Assembly: GCA_007693605.1 (NCBI GenBank)
Contig: REDG01000056.1
Location: 4,358-68,357, forward strand
Source: Bradymonadales bacterium
GTDB taxonomy: Bacteria > Bdellovibrionota > UBA2394
Direction: 5' to 3'
Length of the DNA stretch: 64,000 nucleotides
The notes below the pieces were generated by a model. That model saw nothing but the letters and a program-made list of their open reading frames with translations, searched no databases and was not told the origin of the DNA. The translations under genes and the position numbers were made by a program. Shown here one piece after another: positions 18,807 to 29,227 of this stretch. Position 1 is the stretch's first letter. Each line of letters begins with the position of its first letter.

Positions 18807-20618
18807 GTGCTGTCTCTCATCGCAAAAATTAAAGACGCTCCTTTTTTTAGCCACCGGTGGAGTCTGTGGCGTAGCCGCAAAAGTTTCTTGAAGGGGGCTC
18901 TGATTCTAGTTTTTGTGAACTTGATGGGCCTCAGCTTCCCACTCTTTGTGAAGGTGGTGATTGATCGACTGGAGGGGCGCGATCAGGCCTGGTGGGTGCC
19001 CGTGTTTTTGGACAGGCTCGATACCCCCTGGTTTGTGGGCAGTCTGTGTGCTCTCTTTTTGTGCTTTATCGCCTTGATGACCATTGGGCGCTACTACTGG
19101 CGCGTCTTTTTTGTGTTTGTGGGTTTTCCTCGCACCCACGAAGTTCGTCAGCTCTTTTATAAAAATTTGTTGAGTCAAGACGCTGCCTTTTTGAGATCAA
19201 GACGAGTGGGCGATTTGATCTCTGCGCTTTCTGAAGATTCCGATAAAATTCGGATGACGCTCTCTTTTGGGGGTATCGCCATTTGTGACACGATTCTTAA
19301 TGTGATCTTGTTTTCGAGTATTTTGTTTCTTTTAGACTGGAAGATGGCGGCGATGGTGATTCCCGCGCTTGTTTTAGGCTCCATTTTATTGGTTTATCTG
19401 AGTGATCGACTTTCGGCTCTTTATGAAAGCGTTCAGAATTTGATTGGCAATCTAACAGGATTTGCTTTTGAGATTGCCTCTGGTGTTCGGGTGATCAAGG
19501 CCTTCGGAAGAGAGAAGGAATTTCATCAAGAATTCGTAAGAGAGAGTCGTCGACTTGAGTCTGCCTCTGTTCGAGTGGCTCGCTATCAGAGTTCGTTTGT
19601 TCCGATTCTCTACTTCTTTTTGGGCTTAGCCACTTGCTTTGTGATGTTCTATGGAGGGAGTCGAGTCTTGTCTGGAGAGCTTGCGATATCGAGCTTCATT
19701 GCGTTTCAGCTTTATCTGGTTCAGATGGACTGGCCCATGATGGCGATTGGCTGGTTTGTGGAACTCTTTCGAGGTTCAAGTGCATCCGAGAAGAGAATGC
19801 GCAGGATTGCAGAGACTCCCTCTCATCGAGTGATTCGATCAGGGGAAGAGGCGGAAAAGGCTGCACCTGAGTTTGAGTTAAAGAAGGCATCGTTTGCGTA
19901 CTCTGAGAATGTTCTGGCTCTAGATCAGATCGATCTAAAGATTGAGGGGGGGCAATGGATTGGGCTGACGGGGCCCGTTGGCTCTGGCAAGTCGAGCCTG
20001 CTCGAGTTGCTGACAAGAGAGATTGATCCGAGCTCCGGCGAAGTTTTTTGGAGGGGGCGAAACCTTAAGTCTTTTTCTCCGCCAGACTTGAGTTCTCAGA
20101 TTCTTTTCGTTCCTCAAGAGACCTATCTGTTTTCGCAGAGCCTTCGAAACAATCTTTTGTTTGGTGGAAGAGGGAGAGCGGATGAGGATCTCTTAGACCT
20201 TTTGAAGGAACTCTCCTTTGATCTAGGGCAGCTCGTTGACCGAGGGGGCTTATGGGCTCGGCTTGGCGAGAGAGGAACGAACTTTTCGGGGGGTCAGAAG
20301 CAGAGAATCGCCATCGGGCGGGCGCTCTTACAAAAGAAGGCCGTTTATCTTTTTGATGACATCTTCTCGCATTTGGATGCCGAGACCGAGTTGAAAATTC
20401 TGGAGACCCTGAGGCGAAGAATTCCTGCAGAAGCGACTGTGTTTTTTGTGAGTCAGAGGCTTGAGACCTTGGAGTTGCAAGATCAAATCTTAGTGCTTCA
20501 AAGTGGTCGTCTTGAATTTTTCGGGCAGCCGAGAGCGGCGATGTCAGAGTCTAGGTTTATACAAGAACTTCGACACCTTCAAAGAGAGCAGATGTTGATT
20601 CAGGAGGTGGCGGGGTGA
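18807..20618 (+). CDS. ABC exporter, fused permease-ATPase (MsbA/half-transporter type), subunit 1
   Basis: 6-TM N-terminal region, Walker A GPVGSGKSS, signature FSGGQKQR, Walker B LFDDIFS. Confidence 0.85.
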   Translation: MLSLIAKIKDAPFFSHRWSLWRSRKSFLKGALILVFVNLMGLSFPLFVKVVIDRLEGRDQAWWVPVFLDRLDTPWFVGSLCALFLCFIALMTIGRYYWRVFFVFVGFPRTHEVRQLFYKNLLSQDAAFLRSRRVGDLISALSEDSDKIRMTLSFGGIAICDTILNVILFSSILFLLDWKMAAMVIPALVLGSILLVYLSDRLSALYESVQNLIGNLTGFAFEIASGVRVIKAFGREKEFHQEFVRESRRLESASVRVARYQSSFVPILYFFLGLATCFVMFYGGSRVLSGELAISSFIAFQLYLVQMDWPMMAIGWFVELFRGSSASEKRMRRIAETPSHRVIRSGEEAEKAAPEFELKKASFAYSENVLALDQIDLKIEGGQWIGLTGPVGSGKSSLLELLTREIDPSSGEVFWRGRNLKSFSPPDLSSQILFVPQETYLFSQSLRNNLLFGGRGRADEDLLDLLKELSFDLGQLVDRGGLWARLGERGTNFSGGQKQRIAIGRALLQKKAVYLFDDIFSHLDAETELKILETLRRRIPAEATVFFVSQRLETLELQDQILVLQSGRLEFFGQPRAAMSESRFIQELRHLQREQMLIQEVAG

Positions 20619-22357
20619 AGATCACAGCCTATCGGCAATTGGTTGAGCTTCTGAGGCCGTATCGCGGGATGATGGTGCTGGCGATTCTCATTTCTTTGTT
20701 GCCCGCCTATTTCAATGTTTGGACGCCTTTTCTTTTGGGCAAGATCATTGACGAAGCGATTCAAGGCAATGATTGGACGAGACTCTTTCTGTTGGGCTCT
20801 TTGTTGCTCTTTGTTCAAGTTTGCCTGTTTCTTTCAAGTGTGTTCGTGAACTTCAGTTTGATGAAGTTCGGCTTCAAGATATTGGTCGATTATCGCTCGA
20901 GTCTTTTGAATCGCGTGCTTTCGTATCGAATCTCGTTTTTTGATCGGTTTTCTGCGGGTCGTCTCAGTACTCGGCTCAATAGCGATATCAATTCTCTGCA
21001 GGAGCTCTTTTCTTCAGCCTTGGTGGTTCTGGTGGGACACAGCTTTATGATTTTAGGTGTTTTGGTGGCGATGTTTCTTCTGGAGTGGAGAATGGCTTTG
21101 GTGGCGCTCGCCGTGGCGTGCTGCATTTTCATTTTTACAAAACAGGTTTACCTGCCGATTCGCCGTCACTTTGGGTTCACAAGAAAGGCTTTGTCTCTTG
21201 TGAACTCCTTTGTGGGGGAGAGCCTGTCTGGGCTGAAAGATATTCGGGGCTTGGGGGCTCTTTCTCACGCTGAGAGTCTGTTCTCTCGTCTGTCAGATAA
21301 GTATCGACAGAAGAGCTTGGCGGCTGTTCACCGCATTGCGGTTTTTAACTCGAGTCTTGGGTTTTTAACTCTCTTTATGTCCTTGAGCCTCTTGTTTACA
21401 GGGGCTTTACTGGCTCATCATGGGCTTGTGAGCATTGGTGTCATTGTGAGTTTTTTGGCTTATTCGAGCTATTTTTCTTGGCCCATTCAGGAGTTCGCTG
21501 AGAAGTTTTCTATTCTTCAGCAGGCTTTGGCCTCTGTCGATCGACTGGTCGAGATTTCAAACGATCAGCCTGAGTCTGATCAGGGGCATCAGGACTTTCC
21601 ACAGCTAACTCGGCTCGAATTCAGGGCAGTGGAGTTTTCTTACCCCGGACATCAAGAGCGGGCACTTCAGGGGATTAGTTTTGAAGTGAGCGCAGGTGAA
21701 AAGATTGCGCTTCTGGGCGAGACAGGCTCCGGAAAGTCAACGACCTGTCAGTTGATGCTTCGCTTTCATGAAGTGAGCACAGGAGAGATTCTGATCAACA
21801 ACACCAACATTCAGAGCTTTAGGCTGGCAGACTATCGCTCGCAGTTTGCATGGGTTTCGCAGGAAGTGACCCTCTTTTCCGTGAGTCTTCGAGAGAATAT
21901 TCGATTTTACGATAGCTCGGTGAGTGATGATGAGATTTGGCAAGCGCTTGAGCTGGTGCAGTTGAGATCCTGGGCCAGTTCTCTGCCAAGGGGTTTGGAC
22001 GAGATGATGTCTGAGAGGGCTCATTCCATTTCGACCGGGCAGAGGCAACTCCTTTCGATTGCCCGCGCTCTGGTTCGAAAACCTCAGGTTCTGATCTTAG
22101 ACGAGGCGACCTCCTATATCGACAGTAGAACGGAATTCGCCATTCAGAACGCCATGGACCGGCTCTGGTCGTTGAAGGATTTCAGGAAAACAACAGGTTT
22201 CTTTGTCGCGCATCGATTGAGCACTTTGCGAAGATGTGATCGTTTGTTAGCCTTTCGGTCAGGCCAAATTGTGGAGCAGGGTTCTTTCAAAGAGCTGATG
22301 CAGCGAGACGCTTACGCAGCCAGCCTTTATAAGAAACAGTTTCGACTCTCGGCCTGA
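20615..22357 (+). CDS. ABC exporter, fused permease-ATPase, subunit 2 (heterodimer partner)
   Basis: Walker A GETGSGKST, signature ISTGQRQ, Walker B LILDEATS. The GTGA overlap with subunit 1 suggests a heterodimeric exporter. Confidence 0.85.
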   Translation: MKITAYRQLVELLRPYRGMMVLAILISLLPAYFNVWTPFLLGKIIDEAIQGNDWTRLFLLGSLLLFVQVCLFLSSVFVNFSLMKFGFKILVDYRSSLLNRVLSYRISFFDRFSAGRLSTRLNSDINSLQELFSSALVVLVGHSFMILGVLVAMFLLEWRMALVALAVACCIFIFTKQVYLPIRRHFGFTRKALSLVNSFVGESLSGLKDIRGLGALSHAESLFSRLSDKYRQKSLAAVHRIAVFNSSLGFLTLFMSLSLLFTGALLAHHGLVSIGVIVSFLAYSSYFSWPIQEFAEKFSILQQALASVDRLVEISNDQPESDQGHQDFPQLTRLEFRAVEFSYPGHQERALQGISFEVSAGEKIALLGETGSGKSTTCQLMLRFHEVSTGEILINNTNIQSFRLADYRSQFAWVSQEVTLFSVSLRENIRFYDSSVSDDEIWQALELVQLRSWASSLPRGLDEMMSERAHSISTGQRQLLSIARALVRKPQVLILDEATSYIDSRTEFAIQNAMDRLWSLKDFRKTTGFFVAHRLSTLRRCDRLLAFRSGQIVEQGSFKELMQRDAYAASLYKKQFRLSA

Positions 22358-22364
22358 AAGAGAT

Positions 22365-23990
22365 ATGAAAGTTCGAATTGTACAAATGGATAGCAAGGTT
22401 GGGGATTTCTCAGGCAATCTTGCTCGGATGAGAAAGGCCCTGGAGGCTTCCGCACCAGACGAGTTGGTGATCTTCCCCGAGTGTTGTGTTTGCGGTTATC
22501 CCGCACAAGACCTTCTCGATTATTCGAGTTTTGCAGAGAGGGCCAAAGAGGCCAGCATGGAGTTGATTCGGGATTTTCCGAAGCACAGCTTTGTTTTCGG
22601 AAGTGTTGAGAGAAGTTTGTCTACTGGCAGGCCTTGTCGCAATGCGGCCTACTTCGTTAGAGAAGGAGAGTTGGTGGCCACTTACTTTAAAAGACTGTTG
22701 CCGACTTACGATGTTTTTGATGAGGATCGATTTTTCGAAGCCGGGCGAGAGCCTTGTGTGGTGGAGTTTCAGGGCGAAAAAATCGGATTGAGCATCTGTG
22801 AAGACATTTGGAACCACGATGTTGGGGCCTCCCTACACAACCGCTATTCTCAGGATCCGCTGGGGGATTTGAGAGAGAAGGCGAGTATTTTTGTGAATCT
22901 CTCGGCTTCTCCTTTTGAGTCGGCGAAAGTTCAGAAAAAGAGGGAAATGCTTAAGTCCATCGCCGTCAAATATTCAAAGCCATTGATTTATGCCAACGCC
23001 GTGGGCGCGAATGACAGCCTGATTTTTGATGGGCGAAGTTATTTTTTATCGGCCAAGGGAGAGATTGCTCAGCAGGCCAAGGCTTTCGAAGAGGATGAGA
23101 TTGTTTTTGATACCAAAGACGACAAGCCCTCACTAGAGCTGAAAAGCCCGTCGGAGAGTTCTGACATTTATGATGCTCTGGTTCTAGGGATTCGCGATTA
23201 TTGCCGAAAGACCGGAATGAACAGGGCTTTTGTGGGCTTGAGTGGGGGTATTGATTCTGCGGTGACCGCCTCGTTGACCATGGACGCTTTGGGGGCTTCG
23301 AATTTGACATTGGTGATGATGCCCTCTCGTTACACTTCTCAGGCCAGTAATGAAGACGCATTGTATTTTGCGAAAAAGACGCAAGCCCCACTTCACATCA
23401 TTGTGATCGAAGAAATGTTTGAGGCGGCGAAGAAGAGTCTTCAGATGGCTTTTCAAGGGATGAAAGAAGATCTGACCGAACAAAACTTGCAGTCGAGAGT
23501 CCGGGGACTCTTGATCATGGCGCTTTCGAATAAGTTTGGGGGCTTAGTGATGAGTACAGGCAATAAGAGTGAGTTGGCCGTTGGCTATTGCACGCTTTAC
23601 GGAGATATGAACGGTGCACTCTGCCCTCTCAGTGATGTGTACAAGACTCAAGTTTATGATTTAGGCCGGGAAGCCAATCGACGGCAAGAGAGAATTGCCG
23701 AGAGGGTTTTTACGCGTGCGCCTTCGGCGGAGCTTCAGTTCGATCAGACCGATCAAGATGATTTGCCGCCTTACGAAACTCTCGATCGAATTTTGAAGTC
23801 TCTGGTGGAGGGCTTTCGATCTGAGGCCGATCTGGTCGCAGATGGTTTTGAGCCTGACCAAGTTCGGCAAGTCCTTGAGCTTGTGCGAAAGAGTGAGTTC
23901 AAGAGATATCAGATGCCAATGGGCTTGAAGGTCTCTTCCAAAGCATTTGGGCTAGGCCGAAGATTTCCCTTGGTTCATTCATTTGATTGA
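22365..23990 (+). CDS. nadE: Glutamine-dependent NAD+ synthetase (CN-hydrolase + NAD synthase domains)
   Basis: N-terminal nitrilase-like domain (…FPECCVCGYP…) and a C-terminal PP-loop GLSGGIDSAV. 541 aa. Confidence 0.85.
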   Translation: MKVRIVQMDSKVGDFSGNLARMRKALEASAPDELVIFPECCVCGYPAQDLLDYSSFAERAKEASMELIRDFPKHSFVFGSVERSLSTGRPCRNAAYFVREGELVATYFKRLLPTYDVFDEDRFFEAGREPCVVEFQGEKIGLSICEDIWNHDVGASLHNRYSQDPLGDLREKASIFVNLSASPFESAKVQKKREMLKSIAVKYSKPLIYANAVGANDSLIFDGRSYFLSAKGEIAQQAKAFEEDEIVFDTKDDKPSLELKSPSESSDIYDALVLGIRDYCRKTGMNRAFVGLSGGIDSAVTASLTMDALGASNLTLVMMPSRYTSQASNEDALYFAKKTQAPLHIIVIEEMFEAAKKSLQMAFQGMKEDLTEQNLQSRVRGLLIMALSNKFGGLVMSTGNKSELAVGYCTLYGDMNGALCPLSDVYKTQVYDLGREANRRQERIAERVFTRAPSAELQFDQTDQDDLPPYETLDRILKSLVEGFRSEADLVADGFEPDQVRQVLELVRKSEFKRYQMPMGLKVSSKAFGLGRRFPLVHSFD

Positions 23991-24174
23991 GGAATCTTGA
24001 GAAGCGCAGCGATGTAGCCGCCGAAGCAGATGGGCCTTTAGCGACACTCCCTTGATCAGGGCCGGCTCGCTCATTGAGAGCACTATATTGAAATTATTGA
24101 TCTTTTTAGATCAGGCTTGAGGTGATGGATCATTTTTATGGATACCTCAGTGTAGTGGTGATGTATTAATAAAA

Positions 24175-25200
24175 ATGAGGTATATTCTTTTTATGAGTTC
24201 AAATCGCAGTCTTTCCGTCCTTCGTGCCATCCTACCCTCATCTACCAAGTTGGATGTCATTGAACAGAGTGGTATGCAGACTCTTGTGAAAATTGCTTCT
24301 CAAAGAGCCCGGGTGCTTTGGGTGGGTGAAGGGTGGCGAGCGCAGGTAAAGCCTGCGTTAGAGTCGGTCGATGTTCAATGTCCCACAATATTCGTTGCGA
24401 GAAAAATGTCTCCAGGAGCCCAAGAGCTTTTGCGAAATGAACAAGTGAATTGGGCCGATGAAATCGGGAATGCTGAGATTGCCATTGGCCCTCTCATTGT
24501 TTCGCGAATCGGCCGCTCTGCAGTGAGCAAAAAAAAATTAGAGCGCTGGACACCCGCTGTTCTCACCGTTGCTGAAGCGCTCTTATGTGGCCAGAAAGCT
24601 ACCGTCTCTTCGATGGCGGACACCACACAATTGTCAGTAGGGAGCTGTGTGAATGCTCTTCGATTTCTAACAGAGCGGGGTCATCTGAAGTCCAATCAAA
24701 TCAGAGGAAGCAAGTCCGCTCGGTTTGTAACTAATCAAGAGCAACTTTTAGAGGATTACGCCTCTCAATCAGCCCTTTTTTCATCGAAGCCCTCTTTGTC
24801 TATCGGCGTATCCTGGAAAGGGCCAGAAAGGGAACTCGCAAAGATTGGAAAAACATGGACTCAAGCAAAGCTTAAATGGGCAATCACTGGGGAGTTGGCT
24901 TCAGCCATTCTCGCTCCCCATCTCACTCAGATTGCGACCTATGAGGTTTATTTGAATGTCGAGACTCTTGCTGAGCTTGAAGCACTTTGCCGCCGATTAA
25001 ATCTGCGGCCTTTACCTGGGGGGCGTCTTACATTGAAAGCCGCACCTACAAAGATTAGTGATCGGTTGGTTACTGAGAAGAATGGGCTGAACATCGCTCC
25101 GTGGCCGAGAGTTTATGCTGATCTTCGCAACACCGGAGTTCGGGGGGAAGAAGCGGCCGAACACTTGAAGGAGGTTATCACTCATGAACATTGGGTCTGA
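24175..25200 (+). CDS. Hypothetical protein; candidate cognate partner (AbiEi-like antitoxin?) of the downstream nucleotidyltransferase
   Basis: 341 aa with no motif I can name. It overlaps the AbiEii-like gene by 17 nt and has an AT-rich upstream region. An alternative start is ATG 24193. Confidence 0.35.
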   Translation: MRYILFMSSNRSLSVLRAILPSSTKLDVIEQSGMQTLVKIASQRARVLWVGEGWRAQVKPALESVDVQCPTIFVARKMSPGAQELLRNEQVNWADEIGNAEIAIGPLIVSRIGRSAVSKKKLERWTPAVLTVAEALLCGQKATVSSMADTTQLSVGSCVNALRFLTERGHLKSNQIRGSKSARFVTNQEQLLEDYASQSALFSSKPSLSIGVSWKGPERELAKIGKTWTQAKLKWAITGELASAILAPHLTQIATYEVYLNVETLAELEALCRRLNLRPLPGGRLTLKAAPTKISDRLVTEKNGLNIAPWPRVYADLRNTGVRGEEAAEHLKEVITHEHWV

Positions 25201-26032
25201 ACGATCGCGTGTTGCGCGCTCCGCCGCCGAAGCCGCTCTTGTTCGCATCGTCCATCACTACGGGGACAGGCCGGAATTCGTTGTGCTTGGCGGGTTGGTT
25301 CCCGAGTTGCTTTGTTCCTCTTCGGGTCAGCTTCATGCAGGAACAAGCGACATTGATGTTCAGGTCGATCTGGAGATAGCAAGCGGATCTGTTCAAACTC
25401 AACGATTAGAACGAGCATTGAAAAATGCAGAGTTTTCTCCCGAGAGTGAACGAATATGGCGCTGGCAAACAAAAAACAATGGGGCTAGCTCTGCTGTCGT
25501 AAAGTTTGAGCTCTTAGCTGACCAAGATGATTCGCCATCAAATGCTACCCTTCGATTCAACGATTGCGAACAATTGGGTGCTGCAAATTTGAGGGGAACG
25601 GGATATGCGGCACGCGATTTTACCAAGCATTCTCTGAACGCCAAAATTGGTGATCAGGAGCTTCAGGTTGATATCAATATTGCTGGCTTGGCCGGATTTC
25701 TTCTTGCGAAGGTTGCGGCCGCTCACTCCCGAAGAAAAGAGAAAGATTGGTACGATATCGCCTTTGTTTTGATCCACAATAATGCGGGAGGCAGTTTGGT
25801 GGCAGCATCCAAGGTTAAAGAAGCTTTCGGTGACGAAGTTGAAAGTGGTTATATCAACACGGCTCTTAAAGAGTTGCAGGCAAATTTTCAAAATCCTACG
25901 GATCAAGGACCAATGGCTTACTCACTCCAGTTTCGCAGAGATCATCCGAATACTGAAGAAGTTGTGAATAGAGCGGATGCAGTCGTTGCCGTTCAAAATT
26001 TCTACGATGCTATCTTTAGCGACAAAGGATAG
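25184..26032 (+). CDS. AbiEii/DUF1814-family nucleotidyltransferase (type IV TA / abortive-infection toxin-like)
   Basis: Pol-beta NTase motif VVLGGLVP…HAGTSDIDVQVDL and a C-terminal block LLAKVAAAHSRRKEKDWYDIAFVL, resembling the AbiEii K..A…R…RDlyDl motif. Confidence 0.55.
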   Translation: MNIGSERSRVARSAAEAALVRIVHHYGDRPEFVVLGGLVPELLCSSSGQLHAGTSDIDVQVDLEIASGSVQTQRLERALKNAEFSPESERIWRWQTKNNGASSAVVKFELLADQDDSPSNATLRFNDCEQLGAANLRGTGYAARDFTKHSLNAKIGDQELQVDINIAGLAGFLLAKVAAAHSRRKEKDWYDIAFVLIHNNAGGSLVAASKVKEAFGDEVESGYINTALKELQANFQNPTDQGPMAYSLQFRRDHPNTEEVVNRADAVVAVQNFYDAIFSDKG

Positions 26033-26060
26033 GCGTTGGAGCAAGAAATAGCGGTAGCAA

Positions 26061-28166
26061 CTAATTCTCCTTTAGTCTCTTGGGGCTGCTCAAGCCTTCA
26101 ATTCCGTTGCGGCATTGAGATCTGAGATCTGCTGCAAAATCATTCCTGATCTGATCGACAGTAAGAAGCCGACCTCTTGACAAAAGTCTGCCTACAATCG
26201 TTCGCCCGAGTCTTGGTGAAAGGGGAGACTCTCCGTAGGTTCCTCCCACCTCCGTAATCAGCTCTGCGATTTCGTGTCCCATCACATACACCCAATAGAG
26301 GCTGCTGTAGCCCACGAAGTGAGACGAAGTCGCAATGGGTTGCGTCTGCGGGTTAAGGGGGTAGAAGTGAGACCGATACAGATCGAGAGCAATCTCATTG
26401 AGCTCTTCATAGGATTTGTCCCTATTTGCTGTTCGGTGGATTTCAAAGTCTACGAGAGCGTCCACAACGCTGGCTTGCAGTTCATGAGCTTGACCAGTTT
26501 GCAGGTAGCTCACAAGTCGCTTGGCCTGATCGTCGCTAAGGGGGCGACCTGTTTCGGGGTGACGACTGATGCGTTGAAGAAACTGCCAATCAAGAGCCCA
26601 ACTTTCCATAAAGATTGGAAAGGCCTCAAGAAAGTCTTCCTTTGAGTTGGTGCCAGAAAGGGATTGATACTTCAGTCGAGAGCTGAAGTCATGAAGGGCA
26701 TGACCAATCTCATGGAAGAGAATTCGCAAAAACCTTAAAGGGATTTCTTTCTCAAAATTGCCAAAGAGAATTCCTGTAGGGAGTTTCAAGTGTCCGTCAG
26801 CGTCTTCGGATCGCTGGCGAAGGCTACTATGAAAAAAATCCGTCGACTTTCTTGAGCGAGGCTGAAGATCTAAGTAGTAGAGCCCGATGGGCTCAGATCG
26901 CTCTACGCTTGTTGCGAGATAAGCTCTCACCTGAGGATCCCAGACCGGGGCATCATGAATCTCTTGAAACCTTATTCCGAAGGTCTTCTCGATCTGCTCA
27001 AAGGTTTTCTCGATCACAAACTCGATAGGGAAGTGTCCTTCAATCTCGGCAGGGTCATCCTCCAAGAGCCGAAGGGCATACCTTTCGAGGTAGTAGTTCC
27101 AGTCGTGGGAGTAGATCACCGCCGAAGATTTACGGAGTTGCACCTTCTTTTCTTGAAGAGCAAGAGATCTCTCTCTTTCGAAGGCCTCTTTATTTGCTTC
27201 TAAAGAGTTCAATAAAAATCTTTCCAACTTTGCTTCGGTATCAATCGAAAGACCGTCTAGTTGATTGAATGCCCAGGACCTAGTGCCGTCTAGCCTGACG
27301 ATTTCAGCTCTTAGCTGAAGAATGGGTTTCGCGAGAAAGGGGGCAACTTCTGCGCCTAGAGATAGGAGTGCGAGTTGTGCCCGCCTCCGGGTGTGGGCTC
27401 GATCGGCATAGAGCATGAGCTGTTTGATCTGATGCCAACTCGCGGCTCTGATTTCATAGCGCCCGGCCTCATACTTCAGGCTCTCTATGAATTCTGGACG
27501 AAGCCCCTGCAGCTCCTCCCCTGAAAACCAAAGACTAGTGTCGAAGTCTGAGAGGCTCCGATTAAACTCGTCTTCGAGCGTTCCAAGATGGGCAAGCAAT
27601 CTGGCCACCACAAAAGATTGGCTTGCGGCTTTGGCGTCCTTCATGCTGCGATACTGTTCATCCTCAAATCTCTGAAAGAGAGTAGATATCATCAATTGAT
27701 CTTCTTCAGAGAAACGAGCCGTTTTTTTTGAGATTTCTTTGAGGCGCAAGTAAAGATCTTCTCGGCGGTAGAGGTTCTCGGTTGACCAATCAGAGGCATA
27801 CTGAGACTCCTTAGAGTAGAGTTGCGCCTGAAGTGGATCGTTTGAAATGATGGATTGAATCTCTAGTTGATCGACGAGGCTGTTGATTTCATCGGCCAGA
27901 TGGGCAAGACGGATGATAAAGCGAAAGTCCGATTCCTCTTGTAAGAGGGGATCGATGCGGCGTTCAAAGTCAGCGAGTTGCGCTTCTATCCAGGCTCGAC
28001 TGTCATTGAGATTTTTAAAGCTTTGAACAGGATACAAAGAAATCTTTCGCTCAGAAAGCTCCGCCTGCATTTGGTCCCATGAAAGGGCTTCCTCGGAGTT
28101 CGCAGGTCGAGAGATCAAAAAGCCAAGCAGGCAGATTTTTAGACCGACCGATCCCCTTTTCAACAA
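26061..28166 (-). CDS. M3-family zinc metallopeptidase (oligopeptidase A/Dcp-like), secreted
   Basis: HEIGHALH zinc-binding HExxH motif. 701 aa, N-terminal signal peptide. Confidence 0.8.
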   Translation of the reverse strand: MLKRGSVGLKICLLGFLISRPANSEEALSWDQMQAELSERKISLYPVQSFKNLNDSRAWIEAQLADFERRIDPLLQEESDFRFIIRLAHLADEINSLVDQLEIQSIISNDPLQAQLYSKESQYASDWSTENLYRREDLYLRLKEISKKTARFSEEDQLMISTLFQRFEDEQYRSMKDAKAASQSFVVARLLAHLGTLEDEFNRSLSDFDTSLWFSGEELQGLRPEFIESLKYEAGRYEIRAASWHQIKQLMLYADRAHTRRRAQLALLSLGAEVAPFLAKPILQLRAEIVRLDGTRSWAFNQLDGLSIDTEAKLERFLLNSLEANKEAFERERSLALQEKKVQLRKSSAVIYSHDWNYYLERYALRLLEDDPAEIEGHFPIEFVIEKTFEQIEKTFGIRFQEIHDAPVWDPQVRAYLATSVERSEPIGLYYLDLQPRSRKSTDFFHSSLRQRSEDADGHLKLPTGILFGNFEKEIPLRFLRILFHEIGHALHDFSSRLKYQSLSGTNSKEDFLEAFPIFMESWALDWQFLQRISRHPETGRPLSDDQAKRLVSYLQTGQAHELQASVVDALVDFEIHRTANRDKSYEELNEIALDLYRSHFYPLNPQTQPIATSSHFVGYSSLYWVYVMGHEIAELITEVGGTYGESPLSPRLGRTIVGRLLSRGRLLTVDQIRNDFAADLRSQCRNGIEGLSSPKRLKEN

Positions 28167-28211
28167 CCCCCCTCCTGTCTGGAAAAATTCTTGGCGCTTT
28201 AACCCCCCTCG

Positions 28212-29162
28212 TCAATACTTTTCCCCGAACTTCACCCAATCGTTCGCTGTGAGCCCCACAAAAGTTTTGTTTCGAGTGACGATGCCAAAGCCTAGCGTGC
28301 CTTTAGTGGCGTGAATAATGATATGAGAATTTCGATCCAAGCCGATCATTCCGAACTTTTTATGCGGAAAGCGCGCAAAACTCCTTAGACAAGACTCTTG
28401 GAGGCTCATCCCATCCTCCAGTCGAGTCAGTACGGCCACAGCAAGTCCGCTGTCGAGAATGTCCTCACCCACCCCGGTGCAAGAGACGGCGCCAAATCGG
28501 TTTGCAAAATTTCCGGCTGGCGTGCAGCTGTCTGATACGCGACCGGGCCTCTCAAAGCCTCGGCCCCCCGTTGAAGTGCTTGCAAAGAGTTTTCCTGATT
28601 GGTCAAGGCTGACGCAGCCGACCGTGCCCGATTGTCCTTCTTTTTTTTGAGCCCATTCACGAAGACGATCGGGGGTTTCGGGGCTTTCAAAGCCGACTCC
28701 TAAAGACTTGGCGTACTGAGTGGCTAAAAATCCGGTCAGGCAACGATCATGTTGGTTTAGTAGGCTGGCGGCAATCTGACCCGGATGGATGCAGGCTTCA
28801 AGATTTGAGACCCCCGCCATTCTTTGCTCCCAGCCACACATGACGGCCGCTGAGAGTCGAGCTCGACCGTCTCGCTGAAGCTTGGCCCCTTTTCCGGCAT
28901 TAAATCGGGGCTCTTCTTCTAAGAGTTCAAGAGTGCCTAAGCTCATTTCTTGGGCGCTGATTTCGCTCTTGTCTTTCAGGCGTCTCTGCATCTGATTTGC
29001 AATTTTCTTTAGGCTTCGAAGCACCTCTCGAGATTGAACTCGATCGTGGCCCACAGCATCGCCTGGGCCCAAACCGCAATGAAAAACGAGACCCGGCTCT
29101 GACAAAGCACAGCTTTTTGGGGTCGGCCAAGAGGGGGCTTGTTTCTCTCTTATTTCAGTCAC
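28212..29162 (-). CDS. Isoaspartyl peptidase / L-asparaginase (Ntn hydrolase, asparaginase_2)
   Basis: GTVGCVSLDQSGKLFASTSTGG autoproteolytic Thr region. Confidence 0.75.
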   Translation of the reverse strand: MTEIREKQAPSWPTPKSCALSEPGLVFHCGLGPGDAVGHDRVQSREVLRSLKKIANQMQRRLKDKSEISAQEMSLGTLELLEEEPRFNAGKGAKLQRDGRARLSAAVMCGWEQRMAGVSNLEACIHPGQIAASLLNQHDRCLTGFLATQYAKSLGVGFESPETPDRLREWAQKKEGQSGTVGCVSLDQSGKLFASTSTGGRGFERPGRVSDSCTPAGNFANRFGAVSCTGVGEDILDSGLAVAVLTRLEDGMSLQESCLRSFARFPHKKFGMIGLDRNSHIIIHATKGTLGFGIVTRNKTFVGLTANDWVKFGEKY

Positions 29163-29227
29163 TTGCCCTTCTTTCTCACTTTGGGGGATTTGCAGCCCCA
29201 GAGAAGTTGTGATACATCTAAAGGGGT

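Noticed and set aside
22410-22817. 135-aa minus-strand ORF inside nadE
   Set aside because: Antisense shadow of the conserved NAD synthetase frame.
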